From the IMG/VR virus record IMGVR_UViG_3300026165_000001, positions 1 through 64,000 of that record: a stretch of 64,000 nucleotides of DNA; one strand, written 5' to 3'. The DNA comes from a virus (lineage: Duplodnaviria > Caudoviricetes). Shown one piece after another: positions 34,307-43,565 of this stretch. The notes beneath the pieces were generated by a model that did no database searches, had not been told where the DNA came from, and worked only from the letters and a program-made list of their open reading frames with translations. A program made the position numbers and the translations under genes. The number at the start of each line of letters is the position of its first letter. The first letter of the stretch is position 1.

Positions 34307-35425
34307 TTAGCTTAGTCCTGCTAATTTCTTGAGTTCAATGATATCAGCTGAGCCACCAACGTCTTGCTGGGCGCTCTTGTTGACCTTGTCACCATTAACT
34401 TCACGTACTGGACGCTTGTTTTCAGTGAGTTTAGCCTTCTTTGCTTGTGTCTTAACATCTGAGTCTTCTGAAAGGACACTTGGAAGATACTTCTTGTATG
34501 CTGTCTTCAACTGTGAAGTCTTGACACTTTCAAGTAGTGTTCCCATTAGTTCTTTCTGACCCCTGTTTAGAGGACCAAGCATTTCGCTCATAATTTGCTT
34601 TCGCTCACTCAAGTCGGTTGCGACTCTAGCTTTGCGGTTTGCTTCTTTGAGCTGTTGTTCCCTAGCTTCTATTGCTTCTTTTGATTCAGCAAGGTTCTGC
34701 TTTAGGTTCATTATTTCTTTAGCAAGTTTAGCAGTCTGTGTGCTTTCGCTTAGAGTGCTTGTCATAAACTCGCTTGCGAATGTCTCGAAAATCTTACGAC
34801 CGAACTCGTTTTCCTTAGCTGTTTGAATGTCTTCGTGTAGAGTTGTGAGCTCCTTACGCATAACATTTTCAACCATGGTTTCAAGTTTAGCTGCGCTCTT
34901 CTTGATGAAGTTGCGCTTTGCTTGTTCGATGACTTTTTGACCTTCGCGTACCATTTTGACTTTCTGCTCTGCTAGAGCTCGCTTGTCATCATGGAATTCG
35001 TTGAGTTCTTTGGTTAGCTGCTTGAGAACAAACTCTTCTAGCTTACCAAAATTAGCCTTTTGTGTTTTACGATCCTCACGCAATTCACCGATTTCCTTAG
35101 CTAGAACTTCTTGAACAAAACTATCGAGCATCTTGGCGTGCTCTTTAACCGCTTTCTTGTAACGAACGCGATCTTCTGCGACCTTGGCTTTGTCCGTTGC
35201 GAACTCTTCCAATTCGGTCTTGATAGCTTCCTTCAACATTGCGTCCATTGCTTCAACAATTTGTGACTTGTCATTTTCATAACGAGACGCAAACTCTTCA
35301 CGCAACTCTGCGGTCATAGCCTCGCGCTCTTCAGCAATACGTGCTTCGAACGCTTCGTTTAGCTCTGACTGAAGTTCTTCGTTAAGAACATCGCTGCCGA
35401 GGATTTCTTTAAATGACTTAGGCAT
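34307..35425 (-). CDS. gp22: Prohead scaffolding protein (gp22-like)
   Basis: Coiled coil between the protease and MCP genes; ends IIELKKLAGLS. Confidence 0.85.
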   Translation of the reverse strand: MPKSFKEILGSDVLNEELQSELNEAFEARIAEEREAMTAELREEFASRYENDKSQIVEAMDAMLKEAIKTELEEFATDKAKVAEDRVRYKKAVKEHAKMLDSFVQEVLAKEIGELREDRKTQKANFGKLEEFVLKQLTKELNEFHDDKRALAEQKVKMVREGQKVIEQAKRNFIKKSAAKLETMVENVMRKELTTLHEDIQTAKENEFGRKIFETFASEFMTSTLSESTQTAKLAKEIMNLKQNLAESKEAIEAREQQLKEANRKARVATDLSERKQIMSEMLGPLNRGQKELMGTLLESVKTSQLKTAYKKYLPSVLSEDSDVKTQAKKAKLTENKRPVREVNGDKVNKSAQQDVGGSADIIELKKLAGLS

Positions 35426-35427
35426 GT

Positions 35428-36063
35428 TTATTTTCTCCCTAGGTCTTGGATAATTCGAATCATCTCTTCTTTGAGATACTTCTGTGCTCTTGGATCGTGC
35501 TGAACATTAGTTGCTACGTCCCAAATGCTATTAGCACGACGGTGATTCATGATGTGTTCATAAATCGGATCCGGATATGCTTCTGGTGCACTTGGATTCG
35601 CCACGATATCTACCGTAACAATTTCAAACTCTGACACACTGCCTGAGCCATCAACGTTACCACTGCCGCGTGAGCTGACCCCTAGTTTTACACCACTTTC
35701 CAGTAGTGTTTTACATATGTTGCCCATTGGAGTGGGCAACATTTTTAGTTTACCAACACCGTCTGATCCACGCATGTCCATATCGACAATCATGTGGCTT
35801 ACACGGTCAAGGTTGATGTTCAGATCGTCTGGATGATCTGCTTCACCAAGGACTGTATAACCACCAGCAATCTTCTCTTTGAGCGACTTAACGGCGCTTG
35901 TGATTTCATTAACTGGGTATACTCTTTGATTCTGATTTCGCTTATCACCTTGGATGAAGATACCCTGCATATACAGGTCCTTGCCACCTTGGCCATTATC
36001 ATGGCTTTCAGTAGTAATAGACGCTGCATCAGGCGTAATAACTTCTCTAAGAGGTGTAAACAT
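35428..36063 (-). CDS. gp21: Prohead protease (gp21-like)
   Basis: NQNQRVYP, LGEADHP, LGVSSRGSG, DIVANPSAPEA. Confidence 0.95.
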   Translation of the reverse strand: MFTPLREVITPDAASITTESHDNGQGGKDLYMQGIFIQGDKRNQNQRVYPVNEITSAVKSLKEKIAGGYTVLGEADHPDDLNINLDRVSHMIVDMDMRGSDGVGKLKMLPTPMGNICKTLLESGVKLGVSSRGSGNVDGSGSVSEFEIVTVDIVANPSAPEAYPDPIYEHIMNHRRANSIWDVATNVQHDPRAQKYLKEEMIRIIQDLGRK

Positions 36064-36077
36064 CAGTTATCGTTTCC

Positions 36078-36965
36078 TTAGTGCTTTTTCTTGTCTTTGA
36101 AAAGGCTTTGTGCCTTTTCGCTTGAGTTACTTGGGTGTGAAACTTTCTTGTCCATCTTGCCCTTTTGCTCTTGTGGTCCAGTAACACTCATTTTCTTTGC
36201 TGAGTCACCTTTACCACCTTTTTCGTCTCCACCAAACTTATTGACTGGCTTTGCATGGCCGCCGCTCATATCGCTTTGGTTTTGCAGAACTGGTGAAGCT
36301 TTTCCGTCTTCATCACCTGACATTGAAACATTTTGCTTGTGTAGCTTTGCGTCTTCGCCTAGGTCATCATCTTCAAGGTCGTCATCTTCAAGGTCGTCAT
36401 CTTCTTCGTCACCCATGTCGGCGTCCATGTCTCCGAATTCATCAGCAACTTCGTCGCCTTCCTCTTCGTCGCCCATTTCGTCGCCCATCATGTCGGCAAA
36501 TACTGCTTTGAGTTCTTCAATAGCATCTTCGACGTTTTGGACTGCTTCTTCAGCATCACCGTCGCCGCCCATCTCTGGATCGTCGTCCATATCTAGATCG
36601 TCGCCCATATCTGGCTCGTCTTCCATGTCCATATCAACGTCCATGTCCATTTCGCCCTCAAGATCGTCAACGGCTTCATCTTCTTCGTCGTCTTCGCCAA
36701 AATATTCTTCAGCTTCGAGTTCGTCTTCCATTGTTTCGAGATCGTCCTCAAAGTCACCTGACTCGTCTTCGTCATGATAACCTTCTTCAAGGTCTTCATC
36801 TTCGTCAAGCTCTAGCTCGTCTTCCACTGCGTCATCTTCTTCAGCTAGGTCAGCATAAATCTCACGCGCTGTTTCGATGAGGTGCTCATGCAACATTTCG
36901 CTGGCAAGTTCACCCTCGCCATTCACCATGTATTCAAGCACTTTTTCGAGTTTTGATTTTGTCAT
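36078..36965 (-). CDS. Highly acidic prohead core protein
   Basis: D/E-rich centre and basic C-terminus; between portal and protease. Confidence 0.7.
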   Translation of the reverse strand: MTKSKLEKVLEYMVNGEGELASEMLHEHLIETAREIYADLAEEDDAVEDELELDEDEDLEEGYHDEDESGDFEDDLETMEDELEAEEYFGEDDEEDEAVDDLEGEMDMDVDMDMEDEPDMGDDLDMDDDPEMGGDGDAEEAVQNVEDAIEELKAVFADMMGDEMGDEEEGDEVADEFGDMDADMGDEEDDDLEDDDLEDDDLGEDAKLHKQNVSMSGDEDGKASPVLQNQSDMSGGHAKPVNKFGGDEKGGKGDSAKKMSVTGPQEQKGKMDKKVSHPSNSSEKAQSLFKDKKKH

Positions 36966-37107
36966 TCTTCACACTCCTTGGCCCATCGTGGGCACTGTTT
37001 TGCATTACTTCAAATAGTATTTACAAAACAAAATGCCTTACCTTAGAAAAAGGCACGAAAAAGGGCAAAAAGTGTGTTTTAATTCCGTGATCTACCTGAC
37101 TAAGTAA

Positions 37108-37314
37108 TCACTCTTCGGCGTCTGGGCTACCGTAGATGTATGCTACATCATCAATTCTTTGCTTTTGTTCAAGATCTTCAATGCTGCGAGTCTTGCGCAG
37201 CTTTTGAAGATGCCGCAAAGTTATACGTGGACGACGTCTGTGATCAATGTTGACCACTGTGTAATCGTCCTGTTCTTCGTCATAATATTCTCTTAGAAAT
37301 TCTTGACTTCTCAT
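37108..37314 (-). CDS. Small prohead protein
   Basis: MRSQEFLRE...RRPRITLRHLQKLRK; coupled to the portal gene. Confidence 0.7.
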   Translation of the reverse strand: MRSQEFLREYYDEEQDDYTVVNIDHRRRPRITLRHLQKLRKTRSIEDLEQKQRIDDVAYIYGSPDAEE

Positions 37315-39029
37315 ATTTCCTCATCCCCTTCATCGCCACCTATTGGGCTAGTTTCGTCACCACCTGCTTCAGCATCAAAGTCTTCTTCACCGCCAAGATC
37401 TTCATCAGCTTCAAAATCATCTAGGCTGCCATCAGCACCACCCTGGACACCAACGTTTCCTAGATCACTGAATTCTTCATCATCAACTGATCCTTCTTCA
37501 TTGCCCTTGATTGGATTTTCCTGCTTCCATAGCTTTTCGTTTTCAAGTATTTCATCTTCACTGAGTTGTAGATATTTCTTGAGCATGAATCTCTTGCTCA
37601 AATAATCAACACCTTCAAGTTGACCAAATACACTGGCACGTGAGCTGTTGATTTCAATCTCACGATAATCACTAAAGCTTTGTGGTTCAACAAAGTCCAA
37701 CTCAAACTGACTTGAATCAATTTCATAACCACGGTGCTTGAGGAACAATTTGAATTCTTTATCAAATGATGGTTGAACAATACGTTGCAGTCTCTGGCAG
37801 TATTTTGTAAATCGATATTCTTGAATAAATGCTGTTCCTACACGTCCATCATTATATGTTGCTGTGCCGTCATCTGGTCCAGTAGGTAGATAGCTACTTG
37901 GAACGCGCAAACCACGAGCTAGTTTGTTATTGAAGAATTTGAGGTCATCAATATCACCTAGGTTGTCACCGCCCGGTAGTGTTTCAACTTTACTGCCACG
38001 TCCTTCAGCTGTTTGAGCAAAGAAGTAATCTTCCATGATTGATAGCGGGTTGTATTGCGCATCCATCATATTGCTACCACCACCTGTTCGTGTTGGAATA
38101 CGACGCTGGTGAATTTCGTTCTTTACGCGCTCAACATGAGACATTGCTTGGTGGCTTGGCATATCACCTACGTCAATATAAAAGATACGACGTTCAGGTG
38201 CTCGTTGCACACGGTAAATGATAATTGAGTCTTCAAGCAATTCTTTTTGCTTGTATGTTTTGAAAACAGCATCAAGAATACTATTGCCGAATGGCCAAGC
38301 ATTGTCCATTCCATCTGTTAGTGCCATATGAATAACGTGCTTGGCATCAATTGAAAATTCAACATCTCCACCTGCTCCGCCGTTTACATTGGTAACGTTT
38401 GAAGCATTTCTTTGAGTTGTTGAATTGATCATGTTTGTCGGACTGACACTTGCTCCAGCATAGTTGCCAGGACCTTTTTGATTGGTCGCAACCAGAGTCT
38501 GAAAATTAGGATCCAAATTTTTGATGATATATTGTGATGGTTCTTTACCACGACTTTCGTCAACAATCACACGCAATACGTCAGCTGGGCTTACATAGTA
38601 AAGTTTCCAAGTTTCAGGATCACGCACAAATGGTTGGTCGCCATATTTGACTGTATTACGAAATGTATTAAATATTCGCCTGTTCCAATCATTTACACGG
38701 CACCATTGCTTGAGAACGGTTTGAAGAACATCGCTTTCAGTTTCAGTAGGACTGTCATGCCATTTGATAATGAATGGTGATTCAGTTTCTTCGTCTTGCT
38801 GTGTTGAAAATTCTGCAATCGTGTCTAGAGCAGTATTAATTTCACTGTCCATGTCCATTTGATCATATTGGACATAACGTTCAAGACGATTGGGTTGTCC
38901 AACATATACCTCTGGTAGCCAACTCTGAAAACGCGATGCATCTGTTTTATTTGCGCCGCGTGATTTCCCACCACTTAGTGGACTTTGAGTGCCTTGGTAT
39001 GTTTGAAAATGCTTCTTCCAGCCTGCCAT
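37311..39029 (-). CDS. gp20: Portal protein (gp20-like)
   Basis: LLEDSIIIYRVQRAPERRIFYIDVG, EDYFF, GSKVETLPGGDNLG. Confidence 0.97.
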   Translation of the reverse strand: MAGWKKHFQTYQGTQSPLSGGKSRGANKTDASRFQSWLPEVYVGQPNRLERYVQYDQMDMDSEINTALDTIAEFSTQQDEETESPFIIKWHDSPTETESDVLQTVLKQWCRVNDWNRRIFNTFRNTVKYGDQPFVRDPETWKLYYVSPADVLRVIVDESRGKEPSQYIIKNLDPNFQTLVATNQKGPGNYAGASVSPTNMINSTTQRNASNVTNVNGGAGGDVEFSIDAKHVIHMALTDGMDNAWPFGNSILDAVFKTYKQKELLEDSIIIYRVQRAPERRIFYIDVGDMPSHQAMSHVERVKNEIHQRRIPTRTGGGSNMMDAQYNPLSIMEDYFFAQTAEGRGSKVETLPGGDNLGDIDDLKFFNNKLARGLRVPSSYLPTGPDDGTATYNDGRVGTAFIQEYRFTKYCQRLQRIVQPSFDKEFKLFLKHRGYEIDSSQFELDFVEPQSFSDYREIEINSSRASVFGQLEGVDYLSKRFMLKKYLQLSEDEILENEKLWKQENPIKGNEEGSVDDEEFSDLGNVGVQGGADGSLDDFEADEDLGGEEDFDAEAGGDETSPIGGDEGDEEI

Positions 39030-39058
39030 AATGATTATCTATTCCTATTTGTGGGTAT

Positions 39059-41341
39059 TTATTGACTTTCTTCAGCAGTGCGATTGAGTCTTTGTAGTTG
39101 ACGATTTGTGTCTTCTATCAGTTCTGTTTGACGAGCTAACCAGTCTTCTATTCTAGGTGCAGCTTGATTGTTAAGAAACGCATTCATTTCTTGGGTATTT
39201 GCTTCTATTCCATTGACACCATTGGGTGTAGTCATTGAACCAGGATTAACTGGGCCCGGAGTTCTTTCTAGTATACTGTTATTTTCAAATGGAGTATTAA
39301 GAGCTGGATAACTTTGAGCCTCACGTTGCATCCATTCATTACGTCGTCGTTGCCATTCTAATTGCTCATCGTTAGTACCATCCGTCGGAAATGGATATTG
39401 ATCTTCAAATTTTCCGCTAATTGTTCCATCGCCGGTTGGTTTAATTCCCAGTCCTGTTGCAAAAGCACCAGCTGGTGTCGCGGCGCGGGTGCCTTTTACA
39501 AGCATCGGCAAAAATCGACTCAAAATTCCAGGAGTTTTTGATGCTGCTGCTGATGCACCAGATTTAACTGCGCCTGTGCCGCGTGTAACCCAATTACGCA
39601 ATTGTGAGAATAAGCCGCCAGCACCAGATGCAGCACCTGAACCCCGTCCTAATAGATTTTTAGCACCACCAAGCATTCTTCCTCCGGTTTTACGCCATCC
39701 CCAACCCAACATCTTACGTCCAGGACCTGTAAGAGAGAGCAGCCCAAGGCCGACACCAGCTGCTTTTAACGCATCAGTAAACCTTTCCATACCGGTTGTC
39801 ATTTCAGAATATGAACCTTTTATTCCTTGCCACAGCGTGTTATCGGGTCCGAAATTATCCGAAATATTGCGTATTGCCTCGACCAATTCTCCTCCACTAC
39901 TTTTGACATCAAGTCCGAGATTTTCAATAACTGTTGACAAAGTGCTATCTTTCATACGATTAGTGGTTTCTTGTATGTGGCTTGCAAGTGCGAGGAGTTC
40001 AGTCTCCATTGTGGCTTGAGCTGCATCTTGATGTGCTTCACGATTGGTTTCAACAGCCTTTTCAAGTCCTTGCAATTCACTCACAAGGCTTATCAATTGG
40101 GCCGCGCCATCGACATCTCTCTGTGCAAGTCGACCCAACTGCACCATTTCATCAGCTGGTATGGCATCACCCAGTTCAGCCAATCTGCTAACCAATTGAA
40201 CATTAAATTCACTTGTGTCCATGGTTTTCATGTTGCTACTAACAAAATTAAAAATATCCTGCAACATTGTGTTTGCTTCGCTATTGATTGATGCGATTGC
40301 ACGGACTGCTTCATTATTTGTGGTGCGGAAATCCAACCCTGTTGCGATGGCTTGAGCCATGGCCAAACCAATCTGGTCACCAACTTCCCCGCCGGCGCCG
40401 AATACAGTTGCCAAGGAATTGAAATTCTCGCTCAACCTGCCACCTTCACGCTCTATGCTCATACGGAATGCAGTGATTGCTGGATCGTCTGCCATTTCAC
40501 GACGTTTACGTATCATATCACGTCGATCTTGTCCAGTAATAGCAGCAAGTCCTGTTGTTTCAAGCAATAGATTATTCATTGATTCTGCCAGGCCATCTTG
40601 TATTGCTTGTTGATTCATGCCGCTGCGGCGACGGATTTCAATTTCTTCCAATAACATTTCATTATATTCAGTATTAGTTAAACCAAAGTTATTGAAATCT
40701 CTTGCGAGCACTCTTGCTTCACGGCTAATCCTACTGAAGTTAGCGGCGCCGTCTTGTGCATTTTCACCCATTGCACGAAGTGAATCTCCGTTGCTCATTA
40801 CCAATTTGCCATAGTCTTCCATATTGAGACCTGTTAATGTGGCTTGATGTCTCAATTCTACAAGGCTAGATCCCAATCCAATACCGACATTTGAAAGTTC
40901 ACTGACGTTTTTTGCGAATTCTTCAAGCACACTTACTGCAAATCCCGCAGCGGCGCCGATGGCTCCGATTGGAATCAATGCCTTTACGATGCCAGAAAGA
41001 CTTTCCTTATTAAAGGCATCTGCAAGATCTTTACTAGTGGATTTCAGTGAATTGGTAGCATTTTGCAGAGCCTTTCCGTGATCTTTACGAAATTCATTGA
41101 GCTTCTTTTCAGCTTTAATACTTTCGGACCGATCTTGTTTTGTAGCTGTCTTCAAGTCACGCAATATTTTTTGATTGTCCGCTACTGTCTTTTGACTACG
41201 TCCTGAATGCTTGACCAATTCAGTTAGAGCTTTGGCGCTTGCGAGATTGAACTTTGACATTTCGCGAGCAGTTTCTTCGGTTGCCCAACGAGGAACGCGA
41301 ACACTTTCTCCGCCAATTATAATTTCAATATCATCTGCCAT
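39059..41341 (-). CDS. Tape-measure-like protein
   Basis: Long helical Ala/Gly-rich protein with hydrophobic patches, divergent from the hub-chaperone genes. Confidence 0.6.
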   Translation of the reverse strand: MADDIEIIIGGESVRVPRWATEETAREMSKFNLASAKALTELVKHSGRSQKTVADNQKILRDLKTATKQDRSESIKAEKKLNEFRKDHGKALQNATNSLKSTSKDLADAFNKESLSGIVKALIPIGAIGAAAGFAVSVLEEFAKNVSELSNVGIGLGSSLVELRHQATLTGLNMEDYGKLVMSNGDSLRAMGENAQDGAANFSRISREARVLARDFNNFGLTNTEYNEMLLEEIEIRRRSGMNQQAIQDGLAESMNNLLLETTGLAAITGQDRRDMIRKRREMADDPAITAFRMSIEREGGRLSENFNSLATVFGAGGEVGDQIGLAMAQAIATGLDFRTTNNEAVRAIASINSEANTMLQDIFNFVSSNMKTMDTSEFNVQLVSRLAELGDAIPADEMVQLGRLAQRDVDGAAQLISLVSELQGLEKAVETNREAHQDAAQATMETELLALASHIQETTNRMKDSTLSTVIENLGLDVKSSGGELVEAIRNISDNFGPDNTLWQGIKGSYSEMTTGMERFTDALKAAGVGLGLLSLTGPGRKMLGWGWRKTGGRMLGGAKNLLGRGSGAASGAGGLFSQLRNWVTRGTGAVKSGASAAASKTPGILSRFLPMLVKGTRAATPAGAFATGLGIKPTGDGTISGKFEDQYPFPTDGTNDEQLEWQRRRNEWMQREAQSYPALNTPFENNSILERTPGPVNPGSMTTPNGVNGIEANTQEMNAFLNNQAAPRIEDWLARQTELIEDTNRQLQRLNRTAEESQ

Positions 41342-41412
41342 GAAAAGCCCTTAAAATACGTAGATAAATACCCAGTGTAGGGTAATCCTTACATATATTT
41401 AGCGAGATCGAA

Positions 41413-42246
41413 ATGAGTGAAAATCCACTACAGAAACTATATAGAAACAAGAAAGTCTATGTTTCATTGCCCAGCGGTGGCAGATTTTATAACTCTGGTG
41501 TAAAACTCAGTGCAGACAATGAAATCGGCGTTATGCCCATGACTGCCACTGACGAAATCAAACTCAAAACTCCTGATGCTCTGTTCAACGGCGAAGCCCT
41601 ATACGAACTATTCAAGAGCTGTGTGCCAGATATCGAAAATCCACGTGAAATACCAGTGTGTGATATCGACAAATTATTGCTTGCAATTCGCATGGCAACC
41701 AGTGGTTCAACATTGGAGATAAAATCCACTTGCCCTAAATGCAAACACATAGAAAAATATGATGTTGACCTAGGCGTAATCATGAACAGTGCACAAGAAA
41801 TCACTGAAGACAACGCTGTAACATTGGATGACGACATCATTGTTGAAACCCGTCCACTCACACTACAAAGTCAAATCATGGCACAAATGGATTCATTTTA
41901 TCAATACCGTATGCAGCAAATGATCAATGACGATAGTGTGCCAGACGAACAAAAGGCTAAAGAGTTTAATGAAATACTAGTCCAAGCCATCACACTTCAA
42001 ACAGGACAAGTTGCCAGTTGTATTACAAAGGTGACATTGGACGAAGACACTCAAGTAACCGATAGTGAACACATTTTTGAGTGGGTAGAAAACATGGATA
42101 GTCATACTCATAGAAAAATTAAAGATTGTATTGAAAAATTGAGCGATCCAAAAATGAGTGATAGTGTTACCATCAAATGCAGTCAAGAAGAATGTGGTCA
42201 TGAATACAAAGCAAACATTGACCTAAATCCAGTAAATTTTTTCTAG
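41413..42246 (+). CDS. Baseplate hub/tail assembly chaperone (gp26-like)
   Basis: LPSGG, PMTATDEI, LLAIRMATSG...CPKC, C..EECGH; ends NPVNFF. Confidence 0.75.
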   Translation: MSENPLQKLYRNKKVYVSLPSGGRFYNSGVKLSADNEIGVMPMTATDEIKLKTPDALFNGEALYELFKSCVPDIENPREIPVCDIDKLLLAIRMATSGSTLEIKSTCPKCKHIEKYDVDLGVIMNSAQEITEDNAVTLDDDIIVETRPLTLQSQIMAQMDSFYQYRMQQMINDDSVPDEQKAKEFNEILVQAITLQTGQVASCITKVTLDEDTQVTDSEHIFEWVENMDSHTHRKIKDCIEKLSDPKMSDSVTIKCSQEECGHEYKANIDLNPVNFF

Positions 42247-42260
42247 CCACCGCCATACAC

Positions 42261-42476
42261 ATGACTCCTGGTGAATTAAGACAATACATTCACGATATGG
42301 AGGTGGAGGTAGAACGACTGGAGGAATACGTATTTGATATAGCACTCTTTAGTGAGGGTGCGATATCTGTTAGTGAACTCCTAGGTATGCCCATGCCCAA
42401 AATACGAAAATTCGAAGAACGCCTAAGCGAAAAAGTCAAAGCAGAAGCTGGCAAGAAGGGAACCGAGTATCTCTAA
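42261..42476 (+). CDS. Small hub-assembly protein (gp51-like); probable -1 frameshift extension of the upstream ORF
   Basis: SVSELLGMPM motif. No SD; in the -1 frame relative to 41413..42246. Confidence 0.6.
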   Translation: MTPGELRQYIHDMEVEVERLEEYVFDIALFSEGAISVSELLGMPMPKIRKFEERLSEKVKAEAGKKGTEYL

Positions 42477-42485
42477 TCAACTCAG

Positions 42486-42607
42486 ACGGTTGTCAACCGT
42501 ATATTTCCATCCACTCCACTCTATTATAGTGATGCTTCGCATCACTAGCTGATTCGCATATCTCATCTCCATTCGCTTCGCTCATTTCGATTCGATCTGC
42601 TTTCAGC
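42486..42607. repeat. Cluster of hairpins including GCGAAGC mini-hairpins (minus strand)
   Basis: ACGGTTG-T-CAACCGT 42486-42500; TAGTGATGC-TTC-GCATCACTA 42527-42547; GCTTCGC 42575-42581. Confidence 0.7.
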
Positions 42608-42691
42608 ATTTCTTATCGTGTTTTACTATGTCGAATTGTCATTCCATTTTGATTTGAATGTTTTGAATCTATTAGGCATTTCCCAGAACCA

Positions 42692-43050
42692 ATAGCCACA
42701 CTTTGCCCGATGAGGCAAAGTGTGGCTATGGCAGACGTTTCCCGTCACCAACCCAGCAAGCTGGGCCACTCCGTTCCAAAACAACCTTGTATAGCCAGGG
42801 AAGGGCGGTTGAGCGATACCCTTTTATGTTTAGCTTTTCAACGCGGGACCACATCATGCTGTTAACGGCTTACACGATGCTGCCTGTGGGTTCCAAGCGT
42901 GTGAGGAGAGCCCACTCATTTCTCAGGTGTCAATCTGAGTGCGTATATGACTGCGACATGCCAGATCTGTTGCCGAAAATTTGTTTACGGCTCCTCAAGG
43001 CATTCATTGAGGTCGCTATGGTCAGGGTTCTGAGGTTGGTCCTAATAAGC
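42692..43050 (-). ncRNA. Candidate large structured RNA (~360 nt)
   Basis: At least 8 stems, including a perfect 16-bp hairpin at 42692-42729 and a possible pseudoknot; intergenic; GC-richer than its flanks. Confidence 0.55.
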
Positions 43051-43055
43051 CTATA

Positions 43056-43565
43056 TTAGTTGTGAGCACTTTCAAAGGCAGCTCTATTGAGTTCAAAGAA
43101 ACTATCAAATTCTGTTAGTTTCCAAACAACTCCTTCCTGGTCCGTGTAGACAACGTGTCTGTTGGTTTTGAATGGCAACGTAGCATCAAATCCAACAAAC
43201 TTACCTACACGGGTAATTTTCATAAAAAGAATATTAATGTCATCATCGTCCGCAGCATCTTTGATTTGCTGCAACCAATCTTCGAGAATAGGGATCGGCT
43301 CGTTGAATAGTAATCTATGGAACGGAAAACTTGCGTAGTTTTTACATTCACAGTTAAATCGATTCCAATGATCAGGCGGAACAATGTCGCCCTTCATGTG
43401 ACGTATCTGCCCATCACTCATGAGAATTTTACGGTCGGCATTGCTGCCACCTGTATAAGCCCCACTGTTGGGGACGCGCATGAATGGCGCGCCATAAGTC
43501 TCTGTCAAGTATTTGGCGACATCACGTTCCCACGCGCCGCCCTTGGCTTTGCTTTTACTGGTCAA
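43056..43565 (-). CDS. Holliday-junction resolvase-like PD-(D/E)xK nuclease
   Basis: SKAKGGAWERDVA...RVPNSGA...GDI...ECKNY. Confidence 0.75.
   Translation of the reverse strand: MTSKSKAKGGAWERDVAKYLTETYGAPFMRVPNSGAYTGGSNADRKILMSDGQIRHMKGDIVPPDHWNRFNCECKNYASFPFHRLLFNEPIPILEDWLQQIKDAADDDDINILFMKITRVGKFVGFDATLPFKTNRHVVYTDQEGVVWKLTEFDSFFELNRAAFESAHN

Noticed and set aside
36361-36410. 15-bp tandem repeat
   Set aside because: Simply encodes EDDDL repeats in the acidic core protein.
42960-43055. Group II intron domain V or RNase P fragments (GAGCCGT, CAGAACCC, GGCTTAT on the minus strand)
   Set aside because: The motifs are out of order or lack the rest of the consensus, and no interrupted gene flanks the region.
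42703-43059. 118-aa + strand ORF from the track
   Set aside because: TTG start inside a 16-bp hairpin, no SD, atypical composition. Better explained as a structured non-coding element, though not formally excluded.
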